NCBI GenBank assembly: GCA_002633005.1
Contig: NMRA01000457.1
Span: 1 to 37,008 of the forward strand
From: Phoronis australis
Taxonomy: Eukaryota > Animalia > Phoronida
Direction: 5' to 3'
Length of the DNA stretch: 37,008 nucleotides
The notes beneath the pieces are model-generated. The model made no database searches. It saw only the letters and a program-made list of their open reading frames with translations, and was not told where the DNA came from. This document shows, one piece after another, positions 23,050 to 33,409 of the stretch; within the stretch, counting starts at the first letter, position 1, and each line of letters opens with the position of its first letter. Both the position numbers and the translations under genes were made by a program.

Positions 23050-23261
23050 TGATCATAGAGGGCGCACTCCAGATCGGAAAAGTGGACACCTTCCGAAATC
23101 CACGAGAATGTTATATATAGATAGACATTTGCAATTTTTAGAATAAGAGTGCGAGATAAATACGCATCGTAACCAGTCCTTTTCCTGAAAAGCTGTGTCC
23201 CCGATGTCGATGTTCAGTCATTTAATCATAACTACTGTCGTTACTTTTGGGACACCCTGTA
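23050..23261. mobile_element. Probable Tc1/mariner-type terminus (single end)
   Basis: ttttgggacaccctg|ta reverse-complements to TA|CAGGGTGTCCCAAAA, a typical Tc1/mariner end. No partner end found; the left boundary is arbitrary. Confidence 0.4.
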
Positions 23262-23426
23262 CTGTCATTTTCAAACCAACAATTTCTGTACTGTCACGGT
23301 GGTCGACCCAATGTGTAAAACAGCACAATACCCTGCTACTTTGTACCTATACGGGTATCAGCACTCTTTACTTCCGGTTTTTAACTGCCACGTCACCTCA
23401 CCGTCAGTGGTTCGTCTGCAGGGCGA

Positions 23427-23670
23427 ATGCCGCTATCGGTGTATTGGTTCCTGCTTGTCTGAACTATGAAGCTGCGAAGAAAGCGGGTATATCGTTTTTT
23501 CGACTTCCTCGAGAGCCCGAAATGCTTAGGAAGTGGCTTGCGGTAGTGAAGAATGAAAGGTATGCTGTTAATAGCAAGTATGAGGCCATGAAACATCTCC
23601 GTGTCTGTGGCCGGCATTTCGTCAACAGTGATTTCTCTGACGAATTCCGGCTTACCAAAGAACTATCCGT
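23427..23670 (+). pseudogene. THAP-domain relic (transposase N-terminus)
   Basis: VPACLN...GISFFRLPREPEMLRKWLAVV...LRVCGRHF..SDF carries the THAP hallmarks (F.LP, W, C..HF). The N-terminus restores to MPYRCIVPAC from ATG 23427 if two 1-nt insertions are removed. Confidence 0.8.
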
Positions 23671-26600
23671 ACGTTCCGTTGCTTATGTATGTTCACGGCG
23701 CCTCTCTAGTATTTCTATCAGTGTATTCTGGTTCGAACTGATAGCATGTAAAACCTAATGATCCGACCCGTGAAGTCTTCGTCGGATGAGCTCTTGACTA
23801 AGTCGGGATTGGCGCCGGGCGAGTTGCCATGTAGACGTTTATTATTCTGCGTTCTGTTTCAAAATGAATTATTCTCGCCCTAAAATTATCCTAACCGATG
23901 CTTATATGAAACTGAAACAAAGTCTGTCTCATTAGATACAATTTCGGTAATGCCGTGGAGTGCTCGTGAGTGCAAATGTTTTGAGAAGCCAGCACTGAAT
24001 AAACCACTGCGTTACCGGCAACAAAGGTAATTGACCGGGCACCGAGGCCGTGTGAGCGCATGCTAATTCAGTGTTTGCTGACACTAAAAAGCTGCTCTGA
24101 AACAATTACACGATTTTATATGATATTGTCACATGTTAGAGGAATCTAGAATACAAATACGTTATTCAAATCATTGTTTCTGTACAACCTTTGCCCTGAC
24201 GGTCTGTGGAAGTGGCCTATTTCTCGGCCGGGTCCGATCGGGTTCCGAACCACTGGCCGGGATAACAAGCGTTTTGTGTGTTTAGAACTCAAAAAATCAC
24301 AAGTATAAAGAACACAGATCTAGATTCTCCTGTCTGTATTTCACGTAAGAATACTTCGAATTTATCTCCGAACAGAACCCAAACTCCTGCTACGGACCTT
24401 GGTAAATTAGCCTGTCGAACTTTGTAGGCTGCGGTGTGTCCAAATACCAATAAATCCGTAACAGCGAACTAAAACAACACGTTTTTATAAGAACTCGGTG
24501 TATTTTTAAGGGTTTTACGTCGAATTTTGATGATTTATTGGTGTTAAACGATGAATTAAAGCGATAAGCTGAAACCAGTAACCCGTGTTGTGAACTGCTG
24601 AACAGCCTGTGTGTGAAACCAATGACGTCATTGGATAATTTCAACCTCCATCTGCCGTCAGGTGTCAGGTAACGCAACCGAACCTGCCGTTATCGAGTAG
24701 AACTACTCGATCTAAATTGATACAAAATAGGTTGTTATTTTTGGGTGGCATTCTCTTTTAAAAATAGAATGACCTTATGAGGCGCCTATTTTGTCGTTAC
24801 AACAGTTAAGTTGCTTTCCACTATATTCGTGTTAAGTCTAGCATGCCTGGAACTGTTAACAAGTTTTTGAAATAGATTCACCGACTTTGTTCAACCTTAT
24901 TACTACAGGTAAGACGTAACTTTGGTTATTGTAACTTACACATAGTGAGACTATACTTCTCAAAGCGGTTATAACCCGCCGTCTATCACCAGAAACTATT
25001 TAGAACACTTGTAGTTATAGAATTATTCTCAACTTGTTCTTTGCTAGTGATTCAGGGCTTCAAAAGACTTGATAGCTCGTTAATGCTTACGACCGGACTC
25101 TAAAAGTTGGCTTGTCAAAGCGGGTCATTTTCTGCACCGAGCATAGTCTCAAAGGGGTAACGAACTGTTAGTTGTTTGCAAATACAGGATTCACTCGTCA
25201 TACAATTAAACAAAAATTTAGCATCAGCTGTTGCTGGAAAATAAAGATATGGAAACATTTAGAGAGCGGGATCGATTTACGCTTTTTGTAAGAAAGTTCT
25301 TTGGATGGGTTTAGTTTTAGAAACATTGCCATTTCGTAGGGATTCTTTTCATCAACTTACAGTGTAGTTCTTTTGCTGGGAGTTTTACACAGTTAAATTC
25401 TGTCTAGGCCTGAAATCGCATTCGAAGAGATGCAGTGCTGTCACAGATGAGTAAAGGTTACATTAAAAACTCTCAATAAATTTGTGTAGTTGGAAATGGG
25501 AGATTTCCAGAATTTAGGAATATCAAACGAACAATAGGTAATAAGAACAGAAGAGTTGCTCTTTCGGGGAAGCTGGTCAGAAAAAGGGCCCTCATGTACT
25601 GAAAATTGTCGTAAAAAAGTTGTCCTTCTCAGCGGCACGTCCGGTATACCTCTTCTAAATATATGGGGACATGTGGGGCGACTTTCAAGAGCTCTTCATA
25701 ATTCATTTGTCAGAATAAAGGAAACCTTAGTTTAGACCTGAAATCAAAAACGAAGGCAGTGGCCGATATATTCCGAAATGTTAAAATTCAGAACTTTTTC
25801 GATTATTAGTTTCAAAGGATGATCAAATGTGACGCGCGAAACCACATAACACGGCTCAGATGCGCCTCAACGCTTGGTGTCTAAGATTAGCAATCAACAC
25901 ATTCTAACGACACATCTGGGTCATTTATAGATTGTGCGTCTCTAAAAAGAAACTTACACAACAAGCACTACAATGATTTCCTTTGAAGATTTACTCATGT
26001 GTTTATTCAGTTAAGAAAAACCTTCGTAGCAACAGTTTTTTCATAACAAAACACTTGTACTGGTTATCGCTGGAGCGGCTTAACGAAACCTATAGTAACA
26101 TTGTTAGCCAACAACTTGTTGGTAAAGTTTTGATGAAGGGGTATTACAATGTTTTAAGATTGTTTTTGCTGAAATGTTATGTGCTCGAAAGGTAATGATA
26201 TTAACTTGATCTATTCTAATATTGCATGAGAATAATATTGCTTAATCTTGTGGAGAGTGTTTATACATGTAAGATGTCTATAGATTTCAGTGTTCAGTGT
26301 GTCGTTCTTCCTGGAGTAAAACAATTACGTAAAATATTTTAAGCCCAAGTTATCCTTCTCAAGGTATAAACACTTTTTAAAGCATCGTTTTTTGATTCTC
26401 ATTCCCTTGATCACCGTGTTTCTTAAAGTCGTGCTCTTTCGTTGTAGTACAAAACGGTGTAAGATGTCCAAGTTAGCGAGAATTACCTATTCTGCATAGA
26501 TTATTAATTATATGATCGTATGTGTGTAACTCCACGTGGAACCAAAAGCATACGACTCATTTCGAGCATTTTCAGAAGCAAGATTTAATAAAAATCCGAT

Positions 26601-29280
26601 TTAATGGAAGTTCAAGGACGCATAAGCACAGACATCTGACGAGTAGTCCTTTCCGGAAGCCGAACAAGGGAGGTTACAGATTTAAGGGTGGCAATTTGGA
26701 TTCCTAAGTTACAATGGTAGTACAGTGTCAGTTAAAGTTTCGTTATTTATTACATAAACATGTGCAAGTATTCACAGCGTCGCTGTATTCAGAAATTTTG
26801 AAATTAAAAGGCCGTAAGCAATGGTTTTTATAACTTTCATTTTGAAACACAAAGAATCAAGCTTCGTAGGCTACTTGCAGGAAGAATTAGAAAATCGATG
26901 GAAATATCATGACAATAGTTTGTTCAGAAACATTTGCTTTACAAATCAAATCGCGTGCTATTTTGTGCGAGAGCTTACCACTAACATTTGACGACGTAGA
27001 TTTGAAATGGCCATGTGTGGCTACATAAGCAGTGCCTTAACATTTTTACGAATGACAGATGATAACCGGCAATGTTGCGCCACACCCTTCCCCCTCTCCG
27101 TCCACTAATGCCAGTGCTTCCCAGTCCTCGTCGATTGTGCCCTTCTCCTTAGTGAACACAACCGAGGAGACAAGGTGACATAATTTGACATGTTACGACT
27201 GAGGAAGAAAGGGGCAGAATTAGCAGCAAAACTTTAATGGGGGAGGGTGACGTCACTGGTGGATTTACTTAGTGGACGACGAGTACAATTTTCAATGTGC
27301 AAATCTTCACTATCGCCTCAAAAACGAAAAATCCGATGCCTATTGGTCATGCCCGGAGAAGAGTCTTATTACTCTTCTTCTAAATGTCATGGAAACAAAT
27401 AGCGCACGACACGGACCAAGAATTAGCAGTGCAAAACGTTGGGACTGTCATTCAACTAACTATGAAATTTGCGATGACGGCAAAATTGGTGATGGCCAAG
27501 GCGTATAATTGGTAGTGATATTGCATGGGCTTCCCACGGTCCTGCACACGGTTATTTTCCGCCCTGATACCCGTGGTTGTCCTCACCCCACCCCCTTCCT
27601 CCTTCTAGATGGATTGGTCAGTGTGACTTGTGTAGGGATATCTTTTAAGGATTCCTGGAGCTTGTGATGTTTTTTTTTGTTTTTACTTTATTTTCAACCT
27701 TTGTAAGAAAAGTAGCGACACGGTTGGATTGAAAGGGGAACCAGTTTTGTCGGATTGAATCCTTACTTATGAGCAAACTTGCCGTCGACTGAGGAGAACT
27801 TTCTCCTTCGGGTCTAAAACCTATTGGCCTATTTGCATTGGCACCATGTTTCAGTCGGTCATTTTCGGGACATTTCCAGATGTTACAGTGTCCTTTCAAG
27901 ACCAATCACGAATATCTGGCGCGCCCGTAATGATCAACGATTAGCACTTTTGAAAATGATGCTTAATCTAAGTACTCTGTGGTATTGGGCTTAAAGTCAA
28001 ATCCAAAACATACATGTGAAATAACAGAATGTCATCCATCAAATATCCTGTTAATGTGGCGAATCCTGTAGGTGAAAAATTAGTACCACTGGAAACCATG
28101 CGTGATGAACACAAAAACATTTTGTAGCGAAGGAAATGTCTCATCAGGAGGGAGGAGGGAGGTCAGAACATCATAAGATCTAGTGTGATAAAATCATGAT
28201 ACTCGACACTTAAACAATCTGCACTTAATGAAAGTTAAAGGAAGTTTTACACATAAAGCTGCACAGCAATGCAGTCGGCTTAGAAATAGTCAAGCAACAT
28301 CAGCGTGCCGAGTTCTAAAGACCGAAAGATTGTGTCACGAAAATGAAGGATTCAGTTCACAATTCACCATCTTAGTTAATCTCAAAGACCAATCCCTTCA
28401 ATCTGCAATTGGGGTAAAAATAGAGGTTTCGGGAAATGGTCACGTGACTTTGACCTAGGATGACCTTAAGTTGAGACTTTTACGTTGAAAGTGCCTAAAA
28501 TGAACTGGAAGTCCAAGTTAACATACCGGTAAGAATTGAGCCAAAGGACTTCCGATACCTCCAACTGATTTGTGAGACATGCTCACAAGCAATTATGCTA
28601 AGTATGACCAACGACTATGAGTCAATTATGCATGCAAATTAGAGTTAATAAGGTCAAATTATTTTGCATTCTATCAGGTTTGAAAGGGCAATTAAAATAG
28701 TTTTGAAACGTTATGAGGACAAATTCTTTCACTTTATGGTTGTTTATTCAGAATTCTATTCCTCTACACACTATCATCCACATCACGCACGTCTTTCGTT
28801 CTTCGTACGCATCTTATCTGAAGTTATAAATCAGTTGGTACGTACACAATATACATGAATTTAACAAATGAAATCAGTGTCAGCGACAAGAGTTTCTTAA
28901 AGCACACTGCGAGAATATCCATAGACAACATGCTGACATGAAACGACCAACTCACGTGCGACCACATTCCCAGTAGACACAAGTTGTTTACCCATAGATT
29001 TTGTACTGTGTGCGTAAACTTTCTAAAATAAAGCGTGGATTTCTTTGTATTTAAGCTTAACACCCTGGTGCTACTTTTATAACGTGATATAAAAAATCCA
29101 TTTTCATATCATTTCTCGATGAAGCTAGTCTGAAATAACCTATACAATCCCCAGGCGCGTCATTTTCACATGTGACAAAGGTGAGAGAGGTTTAGATATC
29201 TGTGCAGTTAACACAGCAATGTCAATAAATGATTCGGATGCGTTTATTTTTGATGAGTATGCATTGTTTTTACAGAAAAT

Positions 29281-29410
29281 ATGGCACGCAGCAAAGACTC
29301 AGAAATTTCATATCAAATCCATGAATTTCCCGTTTGCAAGCAGCGCCTCAAAAAATCCACGAATGTTGAAATGCCCGCACTCGTTCTGCGGAGGATGCCT
29401 TGGTGTATAA
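29281..29410 (+). pseudogene. Truncated TRIM RING relic (fourth paralogue)
   Basis: Acceptor tttttacAG ends 29275, ATG at 29281. MARSKDSEISYQIHEFPVCKQRLK(+1)NPRMLKCPHSFCGGCLG aligns with MAHCKDIRERHRILECPICLERIKDPRMLLCLHSFCEECIG. Confidence 0.8.
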
Positions 29411-29880
29411 CAATATATTACTCAGCTCTTCTCGAGCATATAAGCAATTAAAGTACTAGGTTTCTGTGGAACGCTCTTTCCTTTGATTTTAAAATTCTCT
29501 CTGGTGCAGGGGAATTAAATGTCCCCTGAAGCTCTGAAGAGATTGATAACCAAGGGAGCTTCAAGACAAAACTGGGAAGTTCCCGCCTGTGTCGACTTGA
29601 TGCAACGCTGCAGTTATCCAGGTGCAAAGATTGGCATTTGGAGCCCTTAAAGTGTACACAAAATGACGCTAGTACCTCAAAATAAATTATATTATTAAAT
29701 CTTACTTGATTTCAGTGCCTTTAGTGCACAGCTCATAAAGAAACACGCAAAAATTGAAAAAATAATAATTATGTACAACGTCATGGGTTGAACCCAAGTC
29801 GTTCGCCATACTGTTTGGATCAGAGACAAAGTGTATAGAGTGAAGAGAAAGCAAAGTACATTAGCGTCGAGAAGGTTCGT

Positions 29881-30125
29881 AGAGGGATCAAAAGATGTGT
29901 TTCCGGAGGCTGCAGCAACAGCAGCCAGGCGGAGAACGTCTCGGTGTTCCAAAGGACACCAACGTTGCGCAGAAGTGGCATCGCTTCGTGCGCCGAACGA
30001 GAGTGTGGGACGTCATCGTGGACCAAGCGATTCGGTCCGGGGCCACTCTGTGTTCTGCCCACTTTGAGGACTCGTGTTTCGACTCCAGTCACAGGAGACG
30101 TTACGATGAAGGCCTGGTTCAATAA
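29881..30125 (+). pseudogene. Frameshifted THAP domain inside the Kolobok-like element
   Basis: KRCVSGGCSNSSQAENVSVF (shift at ~29949) PKDTNVAQKWHRFVRRTR...LCSAHFEDSCF gives the C2CH THAP signature. Confidence 0.85.
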
Positions 30126-30138
30126 AGGACATTATTTA

Positions 30139-30405
30139 TCATTCAGAAACATCAGCTCTTAATTCAGGATCGTCTGTGATGACTGGGTTGACTCGCTGAG
30201 CCCGAAGCCGCTTCTCTCGCGGGAGGCTCCAGTTCGTAAGGCTCAAAGTAGAAAAGTACGCAGCCGGAAGCCCATTAAACTTGTTCTCGCTTTCGTGCAA
30301 CCCCGTTTCTTCATCGTGGCCACCATTCCCGTACGTTTCTTCATAGTATTTGTTCATTTCTTGCTCATAATCGTCGTCGCTTTCAAATTCCCTGCTCTCC
30401 GCCAT
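30139..30405 (-). pseudogene. N-terminal remnant of the element's second gene (KolX-like position and orientation)
   Basis: acaATGGcg start, acidic N-terminus MAESREFESDDDYEQE, and FEPYELEP in a shifted frame. It converges on the THAP remnant. Identity is inferred mainly from architecture. Confidence 0.45.
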
Positions 30406-30750
30406 TGTTCAATGCTAGTCACTGATCTCTTGTGTTCAACCCATGACGTCACATTGCGGCAAATGTGAAAATTGGCAAAATTGAAAGAAAAATCCAAATT
30501 TCGAGCTAATTACACAAAATAAACATGGGTTTAGCTAAATTTTACGTCATACATTTAGTCCGTGGCCACCGGTAATTCAAAATGTGCAAAAACCCATGGT
30601 GTGTACTGTTTAAGCGTTGAGCAATAGATGTACACAACCGCTTTTTCTTTTTAAACACCATACTACATTTAAATTACTACAATTACACATACTTCAATAA
30701 CAATACGGGTTGCATTTTTAATAACACTGTTCTTTATTTTTACAGTTGGT

Positions 30751-32684
30751 ATGGCAAAGACATCAGCGAACTTCATCGAATACTTGAATGTCCCATTTGC
30801 TTGGAACGCATCAAAGATCCTCGAATGTTGCTCTGCCTTCACACGTTCTGTGAACAATGCATTGAACGGCACATGGAAGAAAGACAAGAGAACGGGTCTT
30901 TCCCGAGTCCGTTGTGCAACACCAAGTTCAAGGTACCACAAGATGGCGCAACAGGCTTCAAGCGCAACACATACTACGAAGCAATAAGTGAATTATTCCC
31001 TGAATCTTCTGAGGTGAAATGTGAAATTTGTCGACTCCGCAGTTTGCACCGTGACGCAATATCCATGTGTATCAACTGCACGGAGGGTCTTTGTCAACAA
31101 TGTGCACAGTATCATTGTTTCACGAAGACTTCTTTGGATCATATGGTGGTAAAATTGGAAGAATGTCAAAAACGGCCAACAGATTGAAGAAATTCTCCGT
31201 TTCCAGTATTTCCACTGTTGCGACCACAACTAAGGAGGAACTAAAGATTTATTGTGAAGACTGCAAAACCTGTCTATGCGTGTTATGCGCCATGGTGGAA
31301 CACGATCAGCACAAAAAGTTTAATGTGAATAAGGCCGCTGCGAACGCAAGTGACGTCCTGGAGAAATTATTGGCACCATGGAGACTGACTACAGAGCATC
31401 ACTCTGCACTGTCAATCGAGACTAGGAAGAAGGTTTTGGACAACCTTGATTAGCAAGAAAAGCAACTCATTCATCAAGCAAAAGGGATGTTCAAGGATTT
31501 CAAGGACAAGAGACTGCATGAAATTGTGGTTAAAGAAAAGCAATCCATTGATGATATTAAAGAACAGGTCGCTGCAGCTCGCACGCAAGCTGAAAAGGAA
31601 TACAAAAAAGCGGAAACATCTGCAAGTTCACCCAAGCAGACACTGGAATATGTAGACAACATTCTACAATCAGCGCAAGATGTTGAAAAATTGCAACAGT
31701 TTCAAGATATAAGATCCCGTCTTGAGGCGTTGGACACTGGAAGTGTGGAAGATGAAGTGGTCATACATGTGATTAAGTTACAGCCTGATAATCTGGAGGT
31801 ACCCAGTGTAGCCGTGAGTGCAGTGAAGGAACGTACATGTATAAAGAAGCAAGTCAGGGTGCTATCTATGAAGGAACATGTTGTTAAGACACTGTGCTTC
31901 AATTCAATACTGCCTGAAGAGCCAAAAGGCAGTAACTACGGGCTAGCAGTTAATGACAAATGGTTCATTACTAACAGTGTCAAGAAGGTGAAGTTATTTG
32001 ACAGAGTCAGTGGTGAGTTTATGTTTGAGGTGAACCAAGACCAACATAAACTTGGCTGTGCAATGACGGTAACTTTTAACAAGGAGGGCGAGATATTTGT
32101 TACTGATAAAGGCACTAACGTTGTGGTGAAGTACAATATGAAGGGTCAAATCATGAAGGTCAGTGCACCAGGCATGTTCAGTGGAGATTTTGGCAGAGGT
32201 GTGATATGTCACGACGACAAAATTGTTTTTGACTGATAGAGGAGGTGGGCGGCTGCTTATTGTTGACTCTGATTGCAACATTACTCAAGTGATTGATAAA
32301 GACTCACTTGGACTGAGTGGGTTCGCACCAGCGTATGTTTGTGTAAACAATGACGGACATCTGGTGGTTAGTGACCATTTAGAAAAATCTTGTAGGGTAC
32401 ATGTGATTGACGTTCAACAGCTGAGCATTGTTGACACATTTACGGAACAACTAAGATTAGGTCCATGGGGTGTAGCTGTGGATGAGTGGGGAAATATTCT
32501 TGTCGTTGTACGTAATAGTAATGAAGTAGTATTAAAGTCAAGTCAGTCACAACACAGACGTGTAATCGGTAACGACGTCAGTCGTCCCACTGGCCTTGCT
32601 GTGACTGGTGCCGGAGAGGTTGTCGTTTTGGAGGAGAAAACCGACTACGTGAAAGTGTTCAAGTATGCAGATTTTTTAGCGTGA
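30751..32684 (+). pseudogene. TRIM-NHL pseudogene, close paralogue of gene 1
   Basis: Full-length alignment to 5127..7043. Lesions: 7-nt deletion after codon 2 (atggc[gcattgc]aaagac), RING Cys to Ser (CPLC to SPLC, ~30906), +1 at ~31163, +1 at ~31228, CAG to TAG at 31451..31453, and +1 T in the T-run ~32226..32230. Confidence 0.92.
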
Positions 32685-32830
32685 TCCGGTGAATTAGCCC
32701 AATTCCTCGAAAGTAGTCATCCATGACCACATTCTTCATAACACGTCTTATATAAGTCCGCCTCAGTGGGTAAATAATAACTTTTCCAATCGCTCGTAAA
32801 TGTAATGTAGCGTTAATGTACTGTAGTATA

Positions 32831-32856
32831 TACATGTACATGTACATGTACATGTA
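32831..32856. repeat. (TACATG)4 palindromic microsatellite
   Basis: tacatgtacatgtacatgtacatgta; the TACATGTA word recurs elsewhere in the window. Confidence 0.9.
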
Positions 32857-33409
32857 AGAAAGGGGAGTCTGTTCAAGAGTGTTTCACCCATGGTATTATA
32901 TTCTGTATATACTGTTACGTTGAACTGCAGTTTGTGTTAATACGGAAATGTGCTTTATTGGTCCACTTACGCCATTTGATATCTACTATTATTCTATTAG
33001 CGGGGTTGGGTGTGAATCCTTCTATTATATTGTGTTGAAATTCTGTAATCCTAGCGACCCAGTCTAAATACACGCAACTGGACTTTATATTTAAAGTTGG
33101 AAGTACTTTTAGTACTTATGTTACATACCTTGCAACTGTAATGATGACACGTCGTGTTTATAATATATCTTCCACAGAACTTTCTTTATACAACCAATGT
33201 TATCGATTTGAATCTTTTTGTAAACAACGCACTGAAACTGTAGAGCACATTTTCTATGATTATACAGATACAAGTGGAACTCTGTTAGAAGGACGATAAG
33301 TGTTCGCCATATTGATGTAGTTATCACAAAAATTTTATTTTATTCGGAAAATATCAAATAAAGAATTGCAAGGTTTAATTATGATTTCATTTATTTGCAG
33401 AACACTATT

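Larger units (their letters stand above)
29651..30609 (+). mobile_element. Non-autonomous Kolobok-like DNA transposon (959 bp) with THAP remnant and convergent second-ORF remnant
   Basis: TTAA at 29647..29650 and 30610..30613; empty site ggaacccttacacgttgagc upstream of gene 1 (~4978..4997). Imperfect TIR agtgtacacaaaatg / acagtacacaccatg (11/15). THAP remnant on +, acidic ORF start on -. Confidence 0.85.

Noticed and set aside
23195-23426. N-terminal part of the 187-aa ORF as a real THAP gene
   Set aside because: It runs through a Tc1-like terminus, and the first THAP cysteine is out of frame, so this is a relic rather than an intact gene.
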